DNA of 29,359 nt from an uncultured Erysipelotrichaceae bacterium (GTDB lineage: Bacteria; Bacillota_I; Bacilli_A; Erysipelotrichales; Erysipelotrichaceae). Position numbers and translations under genes: made by a program. The notes beneath the pieces were generated by a model, which saw only the letters and a program-made list of their open reading frames with translations, ran no database searches and had not been told where the DNA came from. Position 1 is the stretch's first letter, and each line of letters starts with the position of its first letter. Of the stretch, positions 1-9,135 are shown piece after piece. The stretch spans positions 1 to 29,359 of the forward strand of contig CADBND010000225.1 in assembly GCA_902795875.1 (NCBI GenBank), given 5' to 3'.

Positions 1-1
1 G

Positions 2-745
2 AAAGATGCCGATATCTCCTATGAAAAAGGAGCGATCAAACGATGCGAACAGGCTGGTGTAAGAACAGTCCTCTATCACTTCGATGAAAACGTGCAGGTC
101 GAAGGATTCTACGAAAAACTTGCGGAAGTCAATCAGGATTCGACTGTTCATGGCATCCTGGTATTCCGCCCCCTTCCCAAAGACCGCTTCGACGACGACA
201 GGCTGCGCAACTGCATCTCTCCTGAAAAAGATGTGGATGGCTGTTCTGACTTATCCCTGGCCGGTATCTTCACCGGACAGGATCTGGGTTTTCCACCCTG
301 CACCGCCCAGGCTGTCATTGAGATCCTTGACCATTACGGGATCGAAATTCCCGGAAAAGACATCGTCGTAATGGGAAGATCCCTCGTGATCGGCAGACCC
401 GTCGCCATGATGCTGATGCAGCGAAACGCGACCGTAACGATCTGCCACACAAAGACAAAAGATCTGCCTGCGATCGCATCGAAAGCGCAGATCCTCATCT
501 GCACGACCGGCAAGGTCGGGATCGTAAAGAAAGATTTCACCAATCCCGATCAGATCATCATCGATGTCGGTATCGACTGGGATGAAAAGAAACAGAAACT
601 GTCCGGAGACGTCGACTACGAAGAAGTGGAACCCTATGTTAAAGCGATCACTCCCGTACCGGGAGGCGTGGGATCAGTGACCACTTCCGTATTGGTAGAC
701 CATGTCGTAAAAGCCTGTCTCAATCAGACAAATTCCGATTATTGA
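2..745 (+). CDS. folD: Methylenetetrahydrofolate dehydrogenase (FolD family), 5' part outside the window; probably monofunctional
   Basis: Frame is open from base 2 (KDADISYEKGAIKRCEQAGV...). Motifs HGILVFRPLP, EKDVDG, PPCT, GRSLVIGRP, IDVG, ITPVPGGVG match FolD. Confidence 0.95.
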   Translation, partial: KDADISYEKGAIKRCEQAGVRTVLYHFDENVQVEGFYEKLAEVNQDSTVHGILVFRPLPKDRFDDDRLRNCISPEKDVDGCSDLSLAGIFTGQDLGFPPCTAQAVIEILDHYGIEIPGKDIVVMGRSLVIGRPVAMMLMQRNATVTICHTKTKDLPAIASKAQILICTTGKVGIVKKDFTNPDQIIIDVGIDWDEKKQKLSGDVDYEEVEPYVKAITPVPGGVGSVTTSVLVDHVVKACLNQTNSDY

Positions 746-750
746 ATCAA

Positions 751-813
751 GAAAAAACAAAAATAGAGATGTACTCATTGTGATCGATGAAACCGTACAT
801 CTCTTTTCTTTTT
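751..813. terminator. Bidirectional intrinsic terminator between convergent folD and the membrane protein gene
   Basis: Inverted repeat AGAGATGTAC (765-774) / GTACATCTCT (795-804) with an inner TCAT/ATGA pair, A-rich on the left and T-rich on the right. Confidence 0.7.
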
Positions 814-838
814 CTGTTGATAAGGCTGTAAGATCTGC

Positions 839-1348
839 TTATATCCTTTTCTCGATACAGATCAGCAGATCGATCCCCATACATGCAAACATGATCACGA
901 TCTCCGCTAATGTACTCACCATTCCAAAGCGCAGATACAAAGCGAAAGCCGCCGTCAAGGACAGGATCAGGATATTCCGGCATGTCGTTTTTCTGCTGCA
1001 CAACGTATTCAGATAAGTCATGACGATCAGGACAAAGAAACCGGTATAGGCGAAAAACAGATGCATATTCCCCTGAAAGTCATATGGCACATGGTGCGGG
1101 ATCAAAGTCCCAAGAAGCAGGGATGCAAAGACGATATATCCCCTTTTCTTGTTTGCAATACACGCTGTTTCATAGCCCATAAGGCTTCCCGTCAGGATCC
1201 CCAGTCCCAGCAGAAACAAATGACCCTCAGCGTTAAGACTAAGGGTCGAATAGTTTTCTTTAAACAGATCCAGCCTGAATACCGGAAGCAAAAACAGGAT
1301 GGCTGTCAGGATATTGCACAATAACAGGTTCTTAGTTCTTGTCTTCAT
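839..1348 (-). CDS. Hypothetical multi-pass membrane protein
   Basis: 169 aa with about 5-6 hydrophobic segments. Its start overlaps the last codons of udp, suggesting translational coupling. Confidence 0.8.
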   Translation of the reverse strand: MKTRTKNLLLCNILTAILFLLPVFRLDLFKENYSTLSLNAEGHLFLLGLGILTGSLMGYETACIANKKRGYIVFASLLLGTLIPHHVPYDFQGNMHLFFAYTGFFVLIVMTYLNTLCSRKTTCRNILILSLTAAFALYLRFGMVSTLAEIVIMFACMGIDLLICIEKRI

Positions 1349-2108
1349 CGATGAGGATCTTCATAGCCTCTACCGCGGCTTTGATGGCGCCGTTGGTGTC
1401 ATGTACCTGCGGATTCTCCATACCGGCAGCAGCTCTTTCCTGATTCGCTACGACTAAGAAGCAGGAACCGACACGGACTCTGAGATACTGGCCGACGATA
1501 AACAGTGCAGCCGACTCCATTTCCGAAGCCTTGCAGTCAAGGGCAAGCCAGGCCTTCCATTTGCGGATCAACTCTTCGCCATTGGGCAGTGTTTCAGGAC
1601 GATGCTGGCCATAGAAAGCGTCCTTGGATTGCGAAACACCAGTATGAAAAGGCTGAGACAGATTCTTACAAGCCTGTACCAGAGCGTTCGTCACTTCCAG
1701 ATTTGCTACCGCCGGGAATTCGATCGGTGCATATTCTTTTGTCGTGCCTTCCATTCGAATGGAAGCAGTCGAAACGACGACATCGCCCGACTTGACATCT
1801 AGTTGCATACCCCCACAGGTACCGATACGGATAAAGGTATGCGCACCGCAAGCAACCAGTTCTTCCAAGGCGATCGAAGCGCTCGGACCGCCGATACCCG
1901 TCGAACAAACGGACACCTTTGTTCCGTTGAGATAACCGGTGTATGTCGTATATTCCCTGTTCTGGCCGACCTTTACCGGATTATCGAAATACTGTGCGAT
2001 CTTTTCGCATCTTCCCGGATCGCCAGGCAGAATAACGTATTCGCCGACGTCTTCCTTGCCAACACCGATATGGTACTGTTTTCCAGAACCTTCACTGTAG
2101 TCTATCAT
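1332..2108 (-). CDS. udp: Uridine phosphorylase
   Basis: Motifs [53 protein letters not shown] upstream. Confidence 0.92.
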   Translation of the reverse strand: MIDYSEGSGKQYHIGVGKEDVGEYVILPGDPGRCEKIAQYFDNPVKVGQNREYTTYTGYLNGTKVSVCSTGIGGPSASIALEELVACGAHTFIRIGTCGGMQLDVKSGDVVVSTASIRMEGTTKEYAPIEFPAVANLEVTNALVQACKNLSQPFHTGVSQSKDAFYGQHRPETLPNGEELIRKWKAWLALDCKASEMESAALFIVGQYLRVRVGSCFLVVANQERAAAGMENPQVHDTNGAIKAAVEAMKILIDEDKN

Positions 2109-2139
2109 GATTTTTTCTCCTAATTCTTATACTTCTATT

Positions 2140-3345
2140 TTAGTCGAATCGACAGTTTAAAACAACCTCGCTCATAAAATACAAAGACCCGCAGATCAAT
2201 ACATTGTCATAGGTCTCCATAGCCAGACCGATCGCCTTTTTATAATCTCTGATCGTCAAAAGATCAGAGAATTCCTTCAGATCGATGACTCCCGATTTCG
2301 GGAAATCCGTGATGATGAGCCGGTCACAGTGTCTGCGAAGGACATCGATCATCTTGCGGTATTCCTTGCGCTTCAAAGCGGAGAAGACGATGCACTTCGT
2401 TCCTTCAAACTGATCGAAGGACTCCGCGAGCGCTTCAACACCATGAATATTATGTGCACCATCGAGTATGACTCTGGGTTCTTCCTTCACGATCTCGAAA
2501 CGGCAATGCCACAAAGACTTCTTTAAGGCCTCCTTGGCTGCGTCCTCATCGATGGAAAGCCCTTTGTCTTTCATGACGATATGGAAAGCTTCGATTGCCA
2601 GCGAAGCATTATGCAGCTGATATGAAGCATAGGAAGAGATCTCATATTCCTCTTTGTCATAAAGGAAATGTCTGTCTCCCAGATCTTTATATTCCCCCAG
2701 CATATATACTTTCGCATTTTTCTCTTCAGCATCTTCTTTCACGATATCCTTGCAGGTATCGGGAAGATGCCCGCACAATACCGCCGAATCTTCCTTTATG
2801 ATCCCGCACTTGTCCTTACAGATCTCCTCCAGGGTATTCCCCAGTTTTTCCATATGGTCATAGCCGACACTCGCGATGATCGAAAGCTTCGTATTATGAA
2901 AGACGTTGGTGTAATCCAGTCTCCCGCCGATACCCACTTCTACGATCGCGATATCGACCTTTTCTCTTTTAAAATGCTCGCACATGATCATAAAGTCCAT
3001 CTGCAGTGTCGACAGTTTTTCTCTTACGAACATATCGTAATCGTGATTCAGGATCTCCAGAAACCGGTCTTCAGGAATATTGTTTCCATTTACTCTTATA
3101 CGGTCCAGATGAGTCACATAATGAGGAGAAGTAAAAGTTCCCACTTTAAAACCCTGTGACATCAGAAGGTCGCAAAGATAATTGATGGTCGAACCCTTGC
3201 CATTTGTTCCGGTCACGTGGATCGTATAGAAGTCATCTTGAGGATCACCTGCTTCATGCAGGATCTGCCTGAATTCATCCAGTTTCCGGAAACGGGCTTT
3301 ATCTGTCACGATCCATTCGATCGCATCTTCGATACTAGTAAACAT
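2140..3345 (-). CDS. folC: Folylpolyglutamate synthase / dihydrofolate synthase
   Basis: Motifs [47 protein letters not shown]. Start moved to ATG 3345 (MFTSIED) because the longer ORF overlaps the ung start. Confidence 0.93.
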   Translation of the reverse strand: MFTSIEDAIEWIVTDKARFRKLDEFRQILHEAGDPQDDFYTIHVTGTNGKGSTINYLCDLLMSQGFKVGTFTSPHYVTHLDRIRVNGNNIPEDRFLEILNHDYDMFVREKLSTLQMDFMIMCEHFKREKVDIAIVEVGIGGRLDYTNVFHNTKLSIIASVGYDHMEKLGNTLEEICKDKCGIIKEDSAVLCGHLPDTCKDIVKEDAEEKNAKVYMLGEYKDLGDRHFLYDKEEYEISSYASYQLHNASLAIEAFHIVMKDKGLSIDEDAAKEALKKSLWHCRFEIVKEEPRVILDGAHNIHGVEALAESFDQFEGTKCIVFSALKRKEYRKMIDVLRRHCDRLIITDFPKSGVIDLKEFSDLLTIRDYKKAIGLAMETYDNVLICGSLYFMSEVVLNCRFD

Positions 3346-3351
3346 ACCAAT

Positions 3352-3361
3352 ATTATATAAT
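3352..3361. promoter_or_regulatory. Overlapping divergent -10 boxes for folC and ung
   Basis: TATAAT on + at 3356-3361 (6 nt before ung ATG) and TATAAT on - at 3357-3352 (6 nt before folC ATG). Confidence 0.75.
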
Positions 3362-3367
3362 GATTTT

Positions 3368-4036
3368 ATGAAGATTATCGGCAACGACTGGGATGATGTG
3401 ATCGGTCAGGAATTCGAAAAGGATTATTACAGGAAACTGCGGATCTTCCTCGATGAACAGTATCGAAACAAGACCGTCTATCCCCTTCCCAAGTACATCT
3501 ATACCGCACTAAGGCTCACGTCCTATAAAGACACCAAGGTCGTCATTCTGGGGCAGGATCCCTATCACGAACCCGGTCAGGCACACGGTCTTTCCTTTTC
3601 CGTATCCAAAGGGATCGAAGTTCCTCCTTCCCTTCAGAACATCTACAAGGAACTTCACGACGATCTGGGTTGTACCATCCCAAATCACGGTTTTCTGATC
3701 GACTGGGCGAAACAGGGAGTCCTGCTCCTCAATTCCGTCCTCACAGTGGAAGCTCACAAAGCCAATTCCCACAAAGGAAAAGGCTGGGAAGAACTGACGG
3801 ATGCCATCATCAAAAAACTGAACGAAAAAGACGAACCGGTCGTCTTCATCCTATGGGGTGCCAATGCCCGCTCCAAGAAGCAATACATTACCAACCCCAA
3901 ACATCTGATCATCGAATCAGTCCATCCCTCACCCTTAAGTGCCTATAACGGATTCTTTGGGTCAAGGCCATTCTCCAGGACCAACGACTTCCTGATCCGC
4001 AACGGCCTGACCCCGATCGATTGGCAAATAAGGTAA
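3368..4036 (+). CDS. ung: Uracil-DNA glycosylase (family 1)
   Basis: Motifs [35 protein letters not shown]. Confidence 0.97.
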   Translation: MKIIGNDWDDVIGQEFEKDYYRKLRIFLDEQYRNKTVYPLPKYIYTALRLTSYKDTKVVILGQDPYHEPGQAHGLSFSVSKGIEVPPSLQNIYKELHDDLGCTIPNHGFLIDWAKQGVLLLNSVLTVEAHKANSHKGKGWEELTDAIIKKLNEKDEPVVFILWGANARSKKQYITNPKHLIIESVHPSPLSAYNGFFGSRPFSRTNDFLIRNGLTPIDWQIR

Positions 4037-4037
4037 A

Positions 4038-4090
4038 TAAAAAAGTTCTTCTTAGATCATATCGATCCAAAGAAGAACTTTTCTTTTTTT
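4038..4090. terminator. Bidirectional terminator between convergent ung and yebC-family gene
   Basis: AAAAGTTCTTCTT (4041-4053) / AAGAAGAACTTTT (4070-4082) with flanking A and T tracts. Confidence 0.75.
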
Positions 4091-4809
4091 TACATCAGTA
4101 CGTTGTGGTAGACTTCCTGGACATCTTCGACTTCATCGAGATTATCTAACAGTCTCTGCCAGAGTTCCTTGTCGTGCTCATCGGTGAGCGTGACATATTC
4201 CTGCGGAAGCATTTTGATCGCACAGACCGAATATTCGCAATTCGGGATCAGGGCATCGATGGCTTCCTGTGCCTTATGCAGATCAGAAGGTGCGACATAG
4301 ACGGTCATTTCACCATCTTCCACTTCCAGATCGTTGACATCGACATCAGCATTGATCAGCGTGTCCAGCATCGTATCCTCATCTTCATATTTGAATGACA
4401 GGACACCAAGGTTATCATAATTGAACGAAACGGAACCTTTGACGCCCATCTTGCAGCGGGACTTGTTGAAACACTGGTTCATCGCTGCGACCGTCCTGTT
4501 GGAATTATCTGTCAGACAGTCAATGATGATCGTGGCATTGCCCGGACCGAAACCTTCATAACGCAGGGAATCATATGATTCAGTACTGCCGCCCTTAGCC
4601 TTTTCAATAGCTCTCTTGATGACATCAGCCGGAACCTGATTGGCCTTGGCCTCCTTGATCTTGGAACGAAGTGTAAGGTTCATATCGGGATCAGGAACGC
4701 CTGATTTGGCAGCGATATAGATCTCCTTGCCATATCTTGAATAAACTTTTGATTTCATTGCAGCGGTCTTCGCCATTGCTGCAGCTCTTACTTCATGCGC
4801 TCTTCCCAT
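4090..4809 (-). CDS. YebC/PmpR family protein
   Basis: MGRAHEVR N-terminus, SGVPDPDMN, IKRAIEKA, YEGFGPG, TDNSNRT, DDV/EDVQEVYHN-type C-terminus. RBS GAGGTG. Confidence 0.93.
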   Translation of the reverse strand: MGRAHEVRAAAMAKTAAMKSKVYSRYGKEIYIAAKSGVPDPDMNLTLRSKIKEAKANQVPADVIKRAIEKAKGGSTESYDSLRYEGFGPGNATIIIDCLTDNSNRTVAAMNQCFNKSRCKMGVKGSVSFNYDNLGVLSFKYEDEDTMLDTLINADVDVNDLEVEDGEMTVYVAPSDLHKAQEAIDALIPNCEYSVCAIKMLPQEYVTLTDEHDKELWQRLLDNLDEVEDVQEVYHNVLM

Positions 4810-4838
4810 AAATTCACCTCTTATTTTTCTACTTTACT

Positions 4839-4867
4839 ATTTTAATACAATGCTTCTGTTTTGACAA
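4839..4867 (-). promoter_or_regulatory. SigA-type promoter of the yebC-family gene
   Basis: TTGTCA (4867-4862), 17 nt spacer, TAAAAT (4844-4839). Confidence 0.75.
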
Positions 4868-4877
4868 AAAATATACC

Positions 4878-4907
4878 AAAAAAAGAGACCGCCATCGGCG
4901 ATCTCTT
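4878..4907 (-). terminator. Intrinsic terminator of ptsI
   Basis: AAGAGATCGCC-gat-GGCGGTCTCTT (one T:G pair) followed by a T-tract on the minus strand. Confidence 0.8.
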
Positions 4908-4924
4908 AAGCAAATATCCTTAGT

Positions 4925-6631
4925 CTAACTCAGTACCTTTTTGACCAGCTCCGTAACTTCGGATTCGGTATGGCACTTCAAAGCCTTGGCAGCGAGTTCT
5001 TCCATCTCAGCCTTTGACAGGTTGGTGATGATCTTTCTTGTCGGAAGGATCTTGGAAGCGGACATGGAGAATTCATCCAGTCCCAGTCCGAGAAGTACCG
5101 GTGCAGCCATCGGGTCACCGCCCATCTCGCCACACATACCGCACCATCTGCCCTGAGAATGTGCACCATCGATCGTCATCTTGACAAGACGCAGGATCGC
5201 CGGATGCAGAGGCTGATACAGATAAGCGACTTTCTCACTCATTCTGTCAGCAGCCATCGAATACTGGATCAGGTCGTTGGTACCGATCGAGAAGAAGTCA
5301 GCGTATTTGGCAAATTCATCAGCCAATACGGCAGAAGCCGGGATCTCGACCATCATACCGATCTCGATATTGTCAGAGACTTCGACGCCCTCTGCCTTGA
5401 GTTCTTTCTTCGTCTCAAGGACAAACTCCTTAGCCGCCTTGAACTCATCGACCGTAGCGATCATCGGGAACATGATAGCCAGCTTTCCGTAAACGGAAGC
5501 TCTGAGCAGTGCCCTGACCTGTGTCTTGAAGATGTCTTTTCTATCAAGACACAGCCTGATCGCTCTGTATCCTAAGAACGGGTTCATCTCCGGTTCGAAT
5601 TCGAAGTAAGGAAGTTTCTTATCACCGCCGATATCCAGCGTACGGACAACGACTCTCTTGCCTTCCGCTCTTTCCAGAACGACCTTGTAGGCATTGAACT
5701 GATCATCTTCACTCGGGAAGTCTTCCGTCGATTCCATGTAAAGGAATTCGGTACGGTATAAACCTACACCCTCTGCGCCATTGGCAATGACATTGTCCAT
5801 GTCTTTCGGTGAACCGATATTGGCGACCAGTTCGACCTGATGACCGTCTGTCGAGATCGTCGGTTTATTGAGAAGTACCTGCAAGGCTGCCTTCTCTTCC
5901 AGGAAACGTACACGTTTCTCTTCGTATTCTTTCAGTTGTTCTTCTGTAGGATTGATGATGACATCACCTTCCTTGGCATCCAGGATGATCTTATCACCGT
6001 GTTTGCAGGAAGACATGATGCCCGTGCAGCCTACGACTGCCGGAAGACCTAATGCAACGGCCATGATCGCCGCATGCGAAGTCTTGCCGCCGATCTCCGT
6101 CACAAAGCCCAGAGAATACTTTTTGTTGAGCTGAGCGGTATCGGAAGGTGTCATTTCTTCAGCGACGATGACGACTTCCTCGTCGATCGCCGTCAGATCG
6201 GGAATAGTCAATCCCAGGATGTTGCATAAGAGACGGAAAGAGACATCCTTGATGTCTGCTGCTCTTTCCTTGAAATAGGCATCATCCATCGATTCAAACA
6301 TTCCGATCATCATATCGGAAACGCTCTTGGTAGCCTGGTCAGCCGAAGAGCCGTCTTTGATCATATTTACGATCTGATCCTTGAATTCCGGATCCTGTGC
6401 CATCATCAGATGGGCATCAAAAATGGCAAGTTCTTCGGGAGCCAGCGTAGCGCTCGCTCTTTCTTTGATCTGTTCGATATCACTGATCGTCTTATTTAAA
6501 GCGTTCTCAAGGACCTCCAGTTCCTTTTGGGGATCTCCTGAACCCTCAGTGATGACGACAGTAGGCTGTTCAAGCTTGTATACCTTTCCGATGGCGATAC
6601 CGCTTGAAGTAGCGATTCCTTTTAAGTTCAT
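4925..6631 (-). CDS. ptsI: PTS enzyme I (phosphoenolpyruvate-protein phosphotransferase)
   Basis: 568 aa. Phospho-His motif GGKTSHAAI, EGVGLYRTEF, RTLDIGGDK, NPFLGYRAIR, GMMVEIP, FSIGTNDL, GMCGE. Confidence 0.98.
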   Translation of the reverse strand: MNLKGIATSSGIAIGKVYKLEQPTVVITEGSGDPQKELEVLENALNKTISDIEQIKERASATLAPEELAIFDAHLMMAQDPEFKDQIVNMIKDGSSADQATKSVSDMMIGMFESMDDAYFKERAADIKDVSFRLLCNILGLTIPDLTAIDEEVVIVAEEMTPSDTAQLNKKYSLGFVTEIGGKTSHAAIMAVALGLPAVVGCTGIMSSCKHGDKIILDAKEGDVIINPTEEQLKEYEEKRVRFLEEKAALQVLLNKPTISTDGHQVELVANIGSPKDMDNVIANGAEGVGLYRTEFLYMESTEDFPSEDDQFNAYKVVLERAEGKRVVVRTLDIGGDKKLPYFEFEPEMNPFLGYRAIRLCLDRKDIFKTQVRALLRASVYGKLAIMFPMIATVDEFKAAKEFVLETKKELKAEGVEVSDNIEIGMMVEIPASAVLADEFAKYADFFSIGTNDLIQYSMAADRMSEKVAYLYQPLHPAILRLVKMTIDGAHSQGRWCGMCGEMGGDPMAAPVLLGLGLDEFSMSASKILPTRKIITNLSKAEMEELAAKALKCHTESEVTELVKKVLS

Positions 6632-6656
6632 GTTTTATCCTCTCTTTACAAGATTT

Positions 6657-6685
6657 ATTATACTTCCCGTCAACCTTATAAACAA
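6657..6685 (-). promoter_or_regulatory. Putative ptsI promoter
   Basis: TTGTTT (6685-6680), 17 nt spacer, TATAAT (6662-6657), then RBS GAGAGGA. Confidence 0.6.
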
Positions 6686-6984
6686 TGCAGAAAGTTCTCA
6701 TATGCCTTTTCCCGGTGACGGTAATAAGCAGTTGGGGAGAAGTACGACAGGTACCAGTCTCCCCTTCTTCCTTCCATCAGTTCATTACGAATGATAAATT
6801 TGTCGTCTTCATCGAGACTTTCCACCACATATTCGATGTGATATACGATGCGGAAACTTCTTTCCAGCTTTCGCGAATTGTATCGGATGATACTGTTTTC
6901 CGCCTCTCTGATGACGCGTTTACTGTTGAGATACTCCCTAGAGAGTATCTCGATCTCAAATTTGCTTTTGTCGAATCCTTTCAT
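6676..6984 (-). CDS. Small ArpU-like / MG284-MPN403-like putative HTH regulator
   Basis: Start moved to ATG 6984 (MKGFDKS), which has RBS AAAGGGAG. C-terminal LDEDDKFIIRNE...WYLSYFSPTAYYRHREKAYENFL resembles sigma region-4-like ArpU/MG284 proteins (from recall). Confidence 0.6.
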   Translation of the reverse strand: MKGFDKSKFEIEILSREYLNSKRVIREAENSIIRYNSRKLERSFRIVYHIEYVVESLDEDDKFIIRNELMEGRRGDWYLSYFSPTAYYRHREKAYENFLHCL

Positions 6985-7028
6985 AGCTCCCTTTCTAATC
7001 AAGGACAATTCTTTATCGAGATGGTCTT

Positions 7029-7556
7029 TTATTCACCAACTTCGATCAGTCCATAACCTCCATCATTTCTTTTGTACACAACAGCGATCTTTTCACTGTC
7101 CGCATCCTTGTAGATGAAGAACGAGTGAGAAAGCATCTCCATGCGCATGATTGCCTCATCGAGGATCATTTCATCCGCATAGACAGTTTTGGTCCTTACA
7201 GGCGTTTCTTCTTCATCGTCCTGATCCGCAACATAGAAGTTCTCGGCAAGAGAATCCTTGTGTCTTCTTGACAGTCTTCCCTTCTGCCTTCTGATCTGAT
7301 CTTCCAGTTTGTCGATCGCGAGGTCTACCGCCGTCGAGAAATCTTCATGTACGACTTCCGATCTCATAAGACCGATCTTCGTCGGCACGTTGACTTCGAC
7401 CTTCAGGCCTTCTTCGCCGTGGACTTTGACTGTAACTTTGGCACTCTGTGCCTCGTCGATGACGACGTACTTGTTGAGAGCAGAAAGCCGATTTTCGATC
7501 TTCTCTCTCATCGCATCAGAGATCGTTACATTCTCACCGTAAATCGCAAATTTCAT
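7029..7556 (-). CDS. hpf: Ribosome hibernation promoting factor, long form
   Basis: N-domain GENVTISDAMREKIENRL...EDFSTAVDLAIDKLEDQIRRQK plus C-terminal dimerisation domain MILDEAIMRMEMLSHSFFIY...VVYKRNDGGYGLIE. RBS AAAGGAGGT. Confidence 0.93.
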   Translation of the reverse strand: MKFAIYGENVTISDAMREKIENRLSALNKYVVIDEAQSAKVTVKVHGEEGLKVEVNVPTKIGLMRSEVVHEDFSTAVDLAIDKLEDQIRRQKGRLSRRHKDSLAENFYVADQDDEEETPVRTKTVYADEMILDEAIMRMEMLSHSFFIYKDADSEKIAVVYKRNDGGYGLIEVGE

Positions 7557-7573
7557 AAGTCTACCTCCTTTAT

Positions 7574-9025
7574 CTATTTAGACTCGATCACGAGTTTGAT
7601 CAGCCATCTGTATACAAGGAAGAGTCCATAGGCATCCAGGGAACAGTATTCCTTCAGATCCTCCAGGATCTTCTCCTCCTCTTCGCTGTTTTTCTTATCG
7701 ATATCCCGCCAGTTGAAGACCGCCGCCATTCCGTCATAGATATCCAGGTCCTTATAGGAATAATCGGAACAGATGTCCACCAGTTTCTTCAAAGTGAAGT
7801 TTCCCTGCATGCGTACATCATAGATCATTCCTTCCAGGAAGGGCTCCGCCAGATCATAAAACCTCTTATTGATCGCCGCAAGTCTATCCCTGTATTCCGG
7901 AAACATCTCTCCCAGTTCGTATAGCCTTAAACATTCGGCACCCATGGCATTATATGCCAGGATCGGGCCGCTTTCCGGAAGATAATCGAACAGTGCTTCC
8001 ACGAATTCCCGCCGGCAATCTCCTGTTCCGACGAATGTCCTGTGTTCCATCTTTCCCTCAGTATCGATATAGTACAGAGCGAATTCGAAACATACGACAT
8101 CCATTGGTCGCATCCCCTCATAGATCGGAACGAGATACCTGTCCCATTCAAAGTCGATGAAGGAGATCGGTCTTTCTTCGATCTTTGCGAGCCATTCGAT
8201 CAAAGGATAGCGATCGATGAACAGTCCCCCGTTTTTTGAAGCCATGATCTGGGCATATTGGATCTTGTTTCCCTCCAGCAGATCGACATCCGCATCCTTC
8301 AAATACCGGATGCCATGAAGATACATCTGATTCTTATGCTGGCTCGAGACCAGCGTCAGTATCGAATCATCATCTTCTTCCTTCTCATCAGGGAAACAGT
8401 TCCTGTAATATTCACAAAGTCCGTTGAGCTTGCAGTAACGGCATTTCCTTGCCGGTTCACAGGAAGGATCATAGTTCTCCATCTTCATTATTAGGGAGTC
8501 GTAATCAAAATCCTCCCTTTCGACCAGATCTTTTATCCTTTTGTTTTTATTCCTATCGGAAACAAGGAAGAGTTTCTTTGCATCCAGCTGTCCTTCATTG
8601 ACATAATCTCCATCGAAACGGACCAGATAGATCTCGCCGATCCTGACTCCCGCTCTTTTCAATACTTTCACCGTGACACGGTAGCTGAGCAGATCCAGTT
8701 CCTTCACCATCACGCCGTAATAGACGAAATAAAGATCGAAAACATCTCCGTTTTTGTGCATTAAAGGAACGTTCACCCGCAATTCCCCATCGGAAAAACG
8801 TGGATGAACGAACCATTCGTATCGACCTATTTCGGAAAAGAATCGCTCAGGCGGATCATTCCGGACTCCTTCAAAACATTCTTGTATATCGAAGTACTGC
8901 TTCAGCAGTTCACTTATATTTTCATCAGCACGCAGATATGGCTTAAATGCGTTGTCATTGTCCTTACTGTAACAGTAAAGCCTTTCGCAACGCAGAAACT
9001 TTTTTAAGTCACTTATATGATACAT
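7574..9025 (-). CDS. DUF2779-like / RecB-family nuclease: N-terminal Cas4-like Fe-S domain plus C-terminal RNase H-like DEDD domain
   Basis: ISDLKKFLRC at the N-terminus, CRYCKLNGLC cluster, then FIDFE, ILAYN, FYDL, FTLKKL, YCSLD. RBS GAGGAAG and TATAAT upstream. Confidence 0.7.
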   Translation of the reverse strand: MYHISDLKKFLRCERLYCYSKDNDNAFKPYLRADENISELLKQYFDIQECFEGVRNDPPERFFSEIGRYEWFVHPRFSDGELRVNVPLMHKNGDVFDLYFVYYGVMVKELDLLSYRVTVKVLKRAGVRIGEIYLVRFDGDYVNEGQLDAKKLFLVSDRNKNKRIKDLVEREDFDYDSLIMKMENYDPSCEPARKCRYCKLNGLCEYYRNCFPDEKEEDDDSILTLVSSQHKNQMYLHGIRYLKDADVDLLEGNKIQYAQIMASKNGGLFIDRYPLIEWLAKIEERPISFIDFEWDRYLVPIYEGMRPMDVVCFEFALYYIDTEGKMEHRTFVGTGDCRREFVEALFDYLPESGPILAYNAMGAECLRLYELGEMFPEYRDRLAAINKRFYDLAEPFLEGMIYDVRMQGNFTLKKLVDICSDYSYKDLDIYDGMAAVFNWRDIDKKNSEEEEKILEDLKEYCSLDAYGLFLVYRWLIKLVIESK

Positions 9026-9098
9026 ATCTTCCTCTGTTTATATTATAACTTATTTCAGCCGTTCTTGAAACAAAACAGCCCGTTTCATGACATCCGAA

Positions 9099-9128
9099 TT
9101 GATAGAAAAAAGGCATTGGATCTATAAT
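9099..9128 (+). promoter_or_regulatory. Promoter of the Zn-ribbon membrane protein gene (leaderless type)
   Basis: TTGATA (9099-9104), 18 nt spacer, TATAAT (9123-9128), 7 nt, ATG 9136. No SD. Confidence 0.7.
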
Positions 9129-9135
9129 AAAAAAC

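Noticed and set aside
7574-9025. Cas4-like Cys motif as a sign of a CRISPR or defence locus
   Set aside because: No repeat-spacer array, no other cas genes, and housekeeping neighbours.
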